NCBI GenBank assembly: GCA_015680685.1
Contig: MNCI01003306.1
Location: 924,756 to 988,755, forward strand
Reading direction: 5' to 3'
Length of the DNA: 64,000 nt
Origin: Gnetum montanum
Taxonomy: Eukaryota; Plantae; Gnetophyta
The stretch's first letter is position 1; each line of letters starts with the position of its first letter. The position numbers were made by a program, and so were the translations under genes. Below the pieces are notes generated by a model that saw only the letters and a program-made list of their open reading frames with translations, had not been told where the DNA came from and made no database searches. Positions 49,388 through 60,682 of this stretch are shown piece by piece.

Positions 49388-50311
49388 ATATCCTACAAAG
49401 GGAAGGATGGGAATTATGATCTTCCCTCACATATTAGAGCATGCCAAGCAAATGAATTTTATATGCTGGCTTTAGAAGCACATACCCTTGAGATCCAGCA
49501 TGATTCTACTTTTGAAGCCTACCATCTATGGTGTCAATCTAACAATAGAAGTGCTTGTATTAGGCAAATGTCCTACCATCCTTTTATACTTCCTATAGTT
49601 ATTAAAAATATGGTCATGATGTGTAATCTTAGCTTAGCCCTAGAAACCTTAACATATGATAATGAGGATGTTTGCACAGAGATGCATTTACTTCAATGGC
49701 CATTGTATAAACCTTCTCCATTCCACCACTTTGTCATCAATATTAATAGGTGAAGTCCTCCTAACGAATTATTTTGGCAATGGTAAAGTAAGCACAATCA
49801 TACCCATATGTATTATGGTCTAGGATATCCTTGCCACCTATACAACCGATGTAATAAGTACCATGGTGACTTCTTGTACTATCGTGATCTACAATCCAGA
49901 GGTTGGCACATCCTAATTTATGGATATAACCCTTGCTATTTTCTCACAACTTGTATAAGCAAGCATATAAATTGGTCTAACCCCTACGGATATGCCTTTT
50001 ATCGTGATGTATATACTACTAATCATCATGACATTGTAGAAACCTACAAGTTACAAGACATTCCTCCTTCTACTCTTCATTTAAAATTCCTTGATGACAG
50101 AATCTAGACTAAACATAATGATGGTTCTAGATATCAATTATTCCAATTCCTGTATGAAGGAAGAACTCCTAGGTTCAATAGGCATCATCCACCTACTCCA
50201 TGGTCAAACAATCATAGGCTTAATCCTAGTCATCATCACCCTTCCTTCACACCACCTACCAATGATGATGAGCCATAATCAAAAGATGATAATGGAGCAT
50301 CTGCCAACTAA
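49388..50311 (+). pseudogene. Unknown ~308-codon viral ORF downstream of RNase H
   Basis: Single frame, in frame with RNase H. Its four internal stops are all TAG/TGA/TAA attributable to C>T decay. Preceded by the branch/acceptor-like ctaac..ttctattttatgtag. Confidence 0.65.
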
Positions 50312-50457
50312 AAGGCACTAAGAACTTGCATTATTGTAGGCATGCTTGCTATGCTAAGATTCTCCTTAAAAGTTTTGTTAGTGAAGAATCCTATACAAAG
50401 TACTATTTGTAGTAAAGAATATATTCTTCCTAATCTTATGTGATGGTGCTAGATGAG

Positions 50458-50670
50458 TCATCCTACACTAGAAGATTCAAGAAGCCTTGTCTTCTCTTAT
50501 AAATAGAGTCTTGTGTGACCCTTAGAGGCATCCAAAGAAGAGAGATTAGAAGTGAAGTGCCTTGCTCCTTCTAAGCATTCCTTCTTTAAAGCATCCCTAA
50601 GGCTTTCTGTCGTAAGTTCTCCTATTTTGAGTAATAAAAGAAGTGTTCTAGTTTCTGCTATTATTTAAGT
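50458..50670 (+). repeat. 3' copy of the viral terminal direct repeat (TATAAATA 50498-50505, AATAAA 50633-50638)
   Basis: Aligns with 19569-19778. Confidence 0.9.
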
Positions 50671-51129
50671 CATTTTTAATCTTCAATGTCTCATACCAAT
50701 CTCTTGATGGTGCATGTCAACAAGATCAATGGATAGACATTGTGCAGAGTCTAGATTGGCATTTAGAATTTGATGCATATCACCTATAATCATCCCCCAA
50801 GTAGCCAAATCTAAGTGTTAATTAATAGGCATCATGAAGGGTAGGGTTAGCTTCCTTACTAGATCCACATCACCTATGACTACACTTATATTGTGACATT
50901 GGACAAGCATTGTGGAAAAACTATTTAGCCAATCAGTGTCTACTCACATCACTTGTGAATTTCATGTGGCTAGTTTTCTTAATGCAAAACTAAATGATAG
51001 GTAATCAAGATGTTTTTCTTACTAGGCTTAGTCCATCCAAGATAAAGTGAGGCTGGTCAACTAGTTCTTGAGGAGGGTCACTAATAGGATCTAAAAAGGG
51101 TGAGACCTTTGTGGGCCAATATTCGTTAC

Positions 51130-53019
51130 TGAAATACCACAAAATTTTGGGTCATGTCGTCTCAACTGCAAATTTGGCTAAGTGTCAAAATAGTGGCACT
51201 TTGTACAAATTTTTCTAAGTGTTGAGCACAGTCAGCTGAAACTACCAAATTTGTAAAATTTTTCTAAGTGTCAAAATGACAATACTCTCTGCAAATTTGT
51301 CCAAGTGTTGGGACTATGCTCTCCACTGCAGTAGAGTGTAGTCAGCTTCAATGGCCAACTTTTAGCAATTTTGGCTAAGTGTCCGAATAAGGTCACAAGC
51401 TACAAAATTTTTCTAAGTATTGAAACTACGCTCCCCACTGCTGGAACTACACTCTAGAGTGTAGTAAGCATAGTCAACACACAACAGCCAGTTTTCCAAG
51501 ATTTTCTCTAAGTGTCAGAACGATGACACATGCTGTAGATTTTTCTAAGTGTTAGACTATGCTCCCACTACCCCAACTATGCTCTAGAGCATAGTCAGCA
51601 TGAAACACCAATTTTGCAAATTTTTTCTAACTATTGGGACTACACCTCCTGACTATGCTCTAAAGCATAGTCAGCGTAGTCATCTTAGATGCCAAATTTT
51701 GCATAGATTTCTCTAACTATCTTACTATGCTCACTGTGCTCGCTATGCTCAAGAGTGTAGTTAGCTTCCTTTGAATCATAGTCAACACTTACCCACATTT
51801 TTCCAATTTTGCTAGTTTTTGACCAAATTTTGCCTAAGTTTGGGACTACGCTCTCACTATGCTCCAAAGCATAGTTGGCAAGAACAGCCTCCAAAGGCCT
51901 CCACACCGTAGCATCAACATTGGCATCAACTCTAGCACCTCTCCAACAACAACATTTTGCATTTTTCATTCCCCTTTACCCAAAAATTGTAACTACATTC
52001 TAAAGCAAAAACCCATAGCGTAGTCTCCAAAAGTTGTATTTTTAGCATTGTTTGCATCTTTTTAGGTACATTTTGATCTTGTTTGTGCAGTTGGGCAGTG
52101 TAGTTACAATCTCTCAGCTTCATAAACTCCATCAGAGCAACAACATCACTCAACACTGCAAAGCTTCACACTAGAGCGTAGTTAGGGTGAGCATAGTCCC
52201 AACTACCCCAAAGTGTAGTCCCACCTACCACACTGCCACATGGCACATTATTTGCATTTTGGGCTAACGTTAGCCCTATAAATACCCTTGTGCCCCAACA
52301 TTTTAGAGATTGGCTTCCATTTCACCAGTTGCATTGGCATTTCACACTCTTGGCATTTTGGCATTTCAGCACTTAGCTTCTTGGGTGAATGAGACCTAGA
52401 GCACATCACACCAGAAAAGAGGCAAAGTTGCACACCATGGCCCACTGCAGCCCCATTGCAACCCTACAAAACCTTGCACAGTACACCACAGTGGCCAACC
52501 CGACAAGCATAATCCATCACCGCAAGTGCTAGACTTCACAGCCCGACACCACCAAGACTATGACTATGCTTCCACTATGCTTGTTGTACACCGCATACCT
52601 TCTAAATTTCTTTTGGTGTTAACTACACTCAACTCCATTTGGGGTAGTTTTCCATTTCTCTCTCTTCTTCCTTTGCATTTTCTTCACATTTTATCTGCAT
52701 TTGGCCTACAATTATGCTCGAGCCGCAATCCATGCATGCTAACACTCTTATTTTCTACTAAAAAATGTGACTACTCTTGGCATTATTCACATAATTAACA
52801 CAAACTACGCTCAGCATTATTCACATGGTTGACACCACTCAACACTTAGCATCATTTTTGCATTATCATCCTTTCATTTTGTAAGTCCCTATTCAATTAA
52901 CAAGAGCATTCAGGGAACCTCATCTCTGCCTTTAGTCAGGCCCTTGCACGGACATGAGGTTAGGCAATGTGCTTGCAAACTCCTTGGTGTTCCAACCATC
53001 GATGTTTGCGATTGTTATA
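51130..53019 (+). repeat. 5' LTR of C
   Basis: Direct repeat of 58869-60682. TATAAATA near 52277. Many ctac(g/a)ctctagag(c/t)gtag palindromes. Confidence 0.9.
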
Positions 53020-53249
53020 GTTTTTGGTGCAAAAAGAGGACTTGTCATTTTCTTCTTTGCACTCATTGTGGTTGTCTTTGCATGCTCTCTGCACCCCTAT
53101 CAGTGTAGATTGGTCCCCGTCATCAGTCTTCCTAATACCTCGTGTAATAACACAAATTGCACTATTCTCCACCTTTCTCTAAGTGTTCACTCTCTAAGCA
53201 TAGAGAGTGTAGTAAGTGGAGAGTGTAGTTGATGTGAAGTGTACTCTCC

Positions 53250-53580
53250 ATACTTAGCATTTTTTCTGCAATTTACACTTTGCCATTTTTTCATCATTTT
53301 TATACTTAGTCATTTTTCTGCATTTTTATACTTACCCATTTTCTGCTACTGGCAAATTTAACTATTTTTCTACATTTTCATACTTAGCATTTTTTCTACA
53401 TTTTCATACTTATCATTTTTCTACATTTCCATACTTAGCATTTTTTTCTACATTTTCATACTTAGCCAATTTTCTACAGTTTTACACTTAATCAATTTTT
53501 TGCAGTTTCTAAAATTAGCCATTTTCTATTACTGGCAAACTTAGTCAATTTTCTACATTTTTCAAAGTTACCCATTTTTT
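53250..53580 (+). repeat. ~30-bp tandem repeat in the 5' UTR of C
   Basis: Recurrent tttttctacattttcatacttagc. Confidence 0.85.
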
Positions 53581-53614
53581 GCAAATAGTAACTCTTCCAC
53601 CTTGATCTATCAAC

Positions 53615-56600
53615 ATGAGCCCAAGTCAACCTTCCACGTTGGTGTTTAACATACTTGACACCTTCATGATCCACCCAAAGTATGCCACACTCAGCCACGA
53701 ACAATATAACTTTGTTTATGCCAAAATCTAAGCAGGGTTACCCATGGATTGCATTAACCTAGAGGCAAAATAGGACTTCAAATGAGTTCACTGGGATAGA
53801 CAAGAATACAACCCTACCTTGTTCAATATAATCCCACTCACAGAGTCCTACCACCAATTGTTATCCCAACTCATTCGTGTGAATGAGCACGATGCAGGGA
53901 CAACCTATGAGGAAGCCTCAAAAGAGGAAGAAGATGAGTTCGAGGCCTGCTCCAAACATGAGAGCCCTCTTTACACCATCTTTCATCAACCACTTCCTAG
54001 TATGGCCCCTCCTCGATTCAATTCACTCGTCCTCTCTCATATGCTAACCATGCCAATTCATCCTTCCTCACAAGCAAATGTTCCATCTTCACAATCCTAC
54101 GTTCACACAGGGGTCACCTTTTGGCACCAAATGATTCAAGCATCTTATGTCCCACCTATTTCATCGGTGCCCTCAATGTTAATCCAACCCACATGTGTGT
54201 GGCCTACCTCGATCTTCATGTCCATTGCTTAGCCAATTTATCAACTGCATCCATCCACTACAACATTAAACTTGCATACTCCACAACCAACAATCTAGCC
54301 CTTTTCCATGTAACCAACACAAGCCCAGCCAATACAACCAATTGGCACACCTCTAATCTTGGATCAAACATTCCAGTTGATCCAAATTTTGACGAAGGAG
54401 ATCAACCAGCCCAAGGTTGCCTTCTCCAAAACTATCAAGGTGGTGGACTTTTACTAGGATGACATCATAAGTCCTACGGTACCACCCCTAACCCTCCCAA
54501 CTGATGTTCCACTACCTTAACTCACCAAGTACAATGGTGAATGCAACCCCAACACGCACTTTTTCACATTCAAGTCCAAGAGCCTGCTTTTGTAAATATA
54601 GTCACATGCCACCATACATGTCTTCCCCATGTCTCTCATTGGCAAGGCCTTAGACTAGTACCATTCATTACCCATGGCCTCAATATCCTCCCTAGAGGAT
54701 CTCCTCAGCCAATTTGTAACACACTTCAAGTACAACCTAAAACCTAAAGCAACTCTTAACCAGCTCATGCAAGTCAAGTAGGGGTCCCTAGAGCTTGTGG
54801 CCAAATTCATCCAATGATGGAGTGCCACCTTGCAAGAAATTCTTGAGCTGCTAGCAAAGACTCACCTATTGGCCATTTTTAAAGGTGTAGTTAATGACTT
54901 CAGCAAGTCAAAACTATACTACTTGGCCCCAAAATCTCTCAACCAATCCTTTTCCCAAATAAAGGGCATAGAGGAGACAGTGCAAGCAAGCAACGACCTA
55001 GCCTACGTGACCTATAGAAACTAGCACATGCACAAGCAAAACACAATAGTGGCAATAGTAGCCACACTTGCAAAAGCAACCAACTAGGGCCTAAACACTA
55101 AGTTGACCAAGGTGCTAACATACAAAGCCGCCAACTCACCCACATTGGCAAGGCCCACAACACTAGCCACTACAAAGCCCCACTTTGAGTGTAACGATCA
55201 TTCAAAGTACACCTCATTGCTAATGAAATCCTTAGAGTTACTAGAATAACTCCTAAAAGCTAGGTTTATCCAATCCAAGCAAGTGTCAAAGAATGCCTAC
55301 CAATGTCATGACAAGTACTATGAACTACTGAGGAACCCACCTCAGCAATACCAAACAAGCCCCCAATCCTGCAACACTTCAAGTTGGACCAATTTTTTTA
55401 TTACCAATAGATGTTCAGTCATAGTATGGACTTATGTTGGGCTTTGTAGGATGATTTTCAAACAATGATAAAAAGGGATCAACTTTTGCTTAATGTAAGA
55501 AACTAGCCCAGCATGGATGACACCACCTATGTCATCAACTTCATCAGCATAGGAGGCAAGTCTAAACCTAGGAAGCAACCTTTTGTGATATGAGTGGCCC
55601 CTAGCAAGGCAAGTATTCCCTCAGCCTCCACAAGTAAGAGGCCTCCTTTTGTGATCAAAGTCCCACCTCAAGCATGCACAACACCCTTTGTGGTCAAGGT
55701 TCTACAACCTCCATCTGCTAAGAAATTAAACTGGCATGACACTGCACCTACAACTGCTAAACAACCCTTCATCATCAAGGTGTCACAATGAGCTAGCCTT
55801 GCAACAACAACTCCCAAACAACCATCATTTGTCATCAGGGTGCCATAACGTGATGGCCCCTCACCTACCTGAAGCCTAATAGTGGGTAACGTGTTAATCT
55901 TTTCTCCTTCAAGGGCCACCCCCACTGGCAACCTAGGTAGGCCTACTAAATGGCAACATAAAAGGTTGAATGAGCACCTCATGACCCCGATGGTTGAAGT
56001 AAAGGACGTAACCAGCAAGCTGTAACTAAACACTGGGGCCCCTACCCCCAAGCAGGCTAAACAACCCACACCTAAGTCCCCTCCATGAAAGATCCATTTC
56101 TCAAGCCATATGAAGGATATCAAGGCTAACATAACAATCAATGACAAGGACTTCATAGCTGCACTAGCCCAGGTAAGCCAAAAACTCAGGTAGAAGAACA
56201 CAACACTAAGCTTGTATGACCTAGTCATGACCTCATCTACTCACTGCCAAGCACTAGTCTGGATGTTGGTCTTCATTCCTATTACAAAGGACATCCTTGC
56301 ATATGAGAATGTTATCCATGCAGTGATCTTGCCTCCTACACCACAAGAATTGAGTTTAACATCCCTAACCTTTCACGATGAAGCAGTCAAGGTCAACCCC
56401 AAATAAGGAGAGGTCACAACAACTTCATTGTTAATTAGCATATGCATTTCATAGTGTGCCATTCGTAGGGTGCACATTGATGATGGTGTGGCAATAAACG
56501 TAGTTCTATACTCTATCATTGACAAGCTAGGCTTGACAAACAAGATCAAGTCTACCAAAATCACATGTCTAAAATCCTTCAATGGATCATGCATCACCAT

Positions 56601-57001
56601 TAGAGGTATGATCAATTTAGCCTTCATGGCAGGGGAGAAATTCCCCACCTCTACAAATTTTAGTCAGAGAGGAGATGCCAAGCTTCAACCTAATCCTAGG
56701 CCAACCTTGGCTAGCTCAATTGTGAGCCATCTCCTTCCCAATCCATCAAGAAATCCACCTTCCATATGAAAGTGGTCAAGTTATCATCTACGGTGATAAC
56801 ATCTCCCCTCCAACTACCCACAACATAGACATGGGATAAGTGTTGGAGGTGGAGTTTCTTGGTGGTACACCTATGACAACCAAGGCAACGCCTAAGGCTA
56901 ACATACCTGAACAAGTGGATGAAGCCAATAGTCTCCCAGAGGATCCTAATCCTTACACACCCCCTAATCCATGCCTAGTTAGAAAGCAACTACATGACTA
57001 A
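53615..57001 (+). pseudogene. gag: Element C Gag-protease (decayed), ending NPYTPPNPCLVRKQLHD*
   Basis: LTKYNG, LLAIFKGVVNDFSKSKLYYLAP, LYDLVMTSSTH, VHIDDGVAIN. Confidence 0.88.
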
Positions 57002-57248
57002 GACTTTCCCTTGGCCCACAACATGTTAGACACCTAACTACCCCTTGCCTCCACATGCCATGCATTTTTGGTTTTCACTTGCATTGCATTTGTTCATGCA
57101 TTTACATTTTTCTTGCTCGCTTAGTTTACACACTACTTTGCTTTATTTACACATCCATCCACTTAGCTTACGCATTGCATTTGAAAAACATCAAAAACAC
57201 ATAAAAATAAAAAAATCATAAAATTGCAAAAACACATGGCCAAAAAAA

Positions 57249-57735
57249 TGCCTTAAACTAGCAATGTCTTGAAATGGCCTTAAACTATTGTTGTGGCCTG
57301 AAATGGTCCAAAGTTATCACTTTTCACATTACTTTCCTTTCACTTGTGCACATTAACCTTATTACACAGTTGTCACTTGATGTTGTTTTTCTAGTTGATT
57401 TTTGTAGGATCTTGCATGCACACAACATGGCTATGCATGCAACACCATACCTCACCAAATCAAGGTAAACACACAACATGTTTGTTATGATCCTAAACTG
57501 GCATAGACCGTCCTTGGGCCATGACGCTAAAATTGGCACCCACAACATAGTCTGCCACGATGCATAAACTAGCATAGCTTGTCCTTGGATGTTGATGTTA
57601 AATTGGCACAACATCCACCATCCACTACGACATTAAACTAGCACCCAGCAGTCTGCTAGGACTATAAATTAGCACATCATGATCTACTAGGACCTTAAAC
57701 TAGGTTCACAATCTGTCAAGACTTTAAACTGGCAT
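57249..57735 (+). repeat. CCTTAAACT motif arrays in C (post-protease type at 57249-57300; post-integrase type at 57485-57735)
   Basis: Same motif and flanking context as B 27727-27965 and 37062-37405. Confidence 0.82.
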
Positions 57736-58868
57736 GTTGCTAATCTTTTGGAGCACCTACCATTGATGCAACCTTTGGGGCACTTGCAGCATCATCGCAC
57801 TAACACTTCCACTAGCTTCCTATGTAGTTGCAACTAGTTCAACTTTTCACACATCTACAACATCTTCGCATCTGGCATTTCACTTGCCTTTCACATTATG
57901 TGGTTTTTTTTTAATCTTCTCGGAGTTGTGTTTGTAGGATGAAGCCCCAGAGGTGGTCATGTAATGGTGCATCTCATCATAGTGGCAAGTTTCCACATTG
58001 CTCCGAGGTTCATGATTAGGCTAGCTAATCCACTCAAGAGTGCACATTCCCTTCATCTTATTTTAGCCTACACACATCCCCACATTATAGCCTATGCATG
58101 TCCCTTACATTCCAATAACCTCTTGCATTCCCCACATTCCCTTGCATGCAAGCCCCTCTAATGCATACACACTACAAATGCACATGGCATACTCTCTTCA
58201 CATCACACCATCGAACCCATGGTAGACATAATGTAACTTATCCCATGGGGAGCCTTTGTTGGCTAGTCAAAGCCCAAGCAAATGTAACACACCTCATCCT
58301 TAGGAGGAAACCCCTATCCTATAGACATAACATGGTTGCATCAAAATCAAAGCCCATCTACTCAATGGCCCACAAAGCCCATCCACTTGATGGCCAACAC
58401 CTTACAGCTAGCATTCAACAGTAAACCAAACCCAATGGAGGTTCTCCTCATGGCAAAAAGTAGAGAAAAAAACAAAAAAAAAAGGAGAATGGGGAAAATC
58501 ACATCCCTAAGCAAATTGACAACTCTACAATTTCGCAACTAGCCTAGCCTTAGATCAACTTTGGCTCTCTCATGAGCACTCCAATCAAAGGTCAATGTTT
58601 CAAGGGCAAGCCACTTCATGTCATGGTCACCGTCAGCTGTGCTAACTTTGCATCTTGTATCATGATACACTATTTGCATTTCATCTCCCTAGCATTGCCT
58701 ACATTCTTTACCCTGGCATACCCCTATCCATAACACTCTTGAATATGGTGGATGACACCCGATCTGGTACTAACAAGCAATGTTGGTGCCATGTCTGACA
58801 TGGTATTTTATGATTCTTTGTTGACATCTCTCAAGCCACTCCTCTAGATGTCAACAAAGAGGGGCCAA

Positions 58869-60682
58869 TGAAACACCACAAAATTTCAAGTCCCAGCATC
58901 TTAACTACAAATTTGGCTAAGTGTCAAAATAGTGGCACTTTACCCAAATTTTTCTAAGTGTTGAGCATAGTCAGCTCAAACTACCAAATTTGAAAAATTA
59001 TTAAGTGTCAGAATGATGACACTTTCTGCAAATTTGTCTAAGTGCTAGGACTACACTCTCCACTATAGTAGAGTAGAGTCAGCTTCAATGGCCAACTTTC
59101 TACAATTGTGGGTTCGAACAAGGTCACAAGCTACAAAATTTTTCTAAGTGTTGAGACTATGCTCCCCACTACTAGGACTATGCTCTAGAGTGTAGTGAGT
59201 GTAGTCAACACACAATAACCAGTTTTGCAAGATTTTTTCTAAGTGTCAGAATAATGACACAAGTTGCAAATTTTTCTAAGTGTCGGACTACACTCCCACT
59301 ACCCCAATTACGCTCTAGACTGTAGTCAACATAAAACACCAATTTTGCAAAAAAATTTCTAACTGTTGGGACTACACCTCCCAACTACGATCTAGAGCAT
59401 AGTTAGCATAGTCACCTCATATGCCAAATTTTTCACAAAATTCTCTAACTATTGAGCCTATGCTCACTACACTGCTATGCTCAAGAGCATAGTTAGCCTC
59501 CCCTGGAGCATAGTCAACACTTAGCCACATTTTGCTAATTTTTGCAAATTTTCAACCAGATTTTGCCTAAGTTTGGGACTATGCTCTCACTATGCTCCAG
59601 AGCATAGTTGGCAAGAATAGCCTCCAAAGGCCCCCATACCTCAGCATCAGCATCCACATCAACTCCAACAATTTTCCAACAATAGCATTCTGCATTTTTG
59701 CATCCCCCTTTCCCCAAAAATTGTAACTAGACACTAGAGGATGGACCCAGAGCTAGGTAGGTAGCATAGTCACAATCTTTCAGCTTCACAGACTCCATTA
59801 GAGCAACAACATTACTCAACACCACATAGCTTAACACCATATCTTAGTTGGGGTGAGCATAGTCCCAACTACCCTAGAGCGTAGTTCCACTTACCACACC
59901 ACCATGTGACGCACGCATTTTGGGATAACCCTAGTCTTATAAATACCCCTATGCCCCAACGTTTTAGGGGTTGGCTTCCATTTTCATTGGTTGGCATTAG
60001 CATTTCACACTCTTGGCATTCTGGGACTTCAGCACTTAGTTTCTTAGGCAAACAAGACCCAGAGCACACCACACTAGCAAAGAGACAGAGTTGCACACCA
60101 TGGCCCACTACAACCCTATTGTAGCCCTACAAAACATTGCACAGTACACCACAATGGCCAACCTGGCAAGCATGGTGCATCACAACAAGCACCAGACTTC
60201 ACATCCTGACACCACCAAGACTGTGACTACACTCCCACTATGCCTATTATACAACACATACCTTCTAAATCCCTTTTGGTGTTAACTACACTCAACCCCC
60301 TTTGGGATAGTGTTCCATTTCTCTCTCTTCTTCCTTTGCATTTTCTTCACATTTTATTCACATTTGGCCTACAACTACTCTCAGGATATAGTCCACACAT
60401 GTTGACACTCCCATTTTCTACTAAAAGTGTGACTATGCTTAGCACTATTCACATAGTTGACACAAACTATGCTCAACATTGTTCACATGGTTGACACTGC
60501 TCAACACTTAGTACAATTTTCGTATTAGCACCATTTGCATTCCATAAGTCCCTGTTCGATCGACAAGACTATTCATGGCTCCCCATATCTGCCTTCAGCA
60601 AGGCCCTCGCTCAGACATAGGGTTAGGCTATGTACCCACAAATCCCTCGGTGTTCCAACCATCAACATTTTCAGTCATTACA
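58869..60682 (+). repeat. 3' LTR of C
   Basis: TGAAACACCAC...cattaCA, followed by TSD GTTAC. Confidence 0.92.

Larger units (their letters stand above)
19569..50670 (+). mobile_element. Endogenous caulimovirid (plant pararetrovirus) in three pieces: 19569-20958, 41038-44506 and 49056-50670
   Basis: tRNA-Met PBS, 30K movement protein, coat protein, aspartic protease, RT (AFYVNKHA...RGKK.LVVNYKPLN; YIDDILI) and RNase H (NYHSTHKELLAI..GI.KF; N.LA.FLTRE). No integrase. Terminal direct repeats. Confidence 0.93.
51130..60682 (+). mobile_element. Element C: non-autonomous Tat-like LTR element (gag-PR only; no antisense gene, no RT/RH/INT)
   Basis: LTRs 51130-53019 and 58869-60682. TSD GTTAC (51125-51129, 60683-60687). 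Degenerate PBS at 53025. PPT aacaaagagggg at 58853-58864. Confidence 0.92.

Noticed and set aside
19569-50670. Reading the virus as an LTR retrotransposon that captured a movement protein
   Set aside because: There is no integrase, no TG..CA termini, no clear TSD and no PPT at the 3' repeat. The RT and RNase H motifs are caulimovirid-type.
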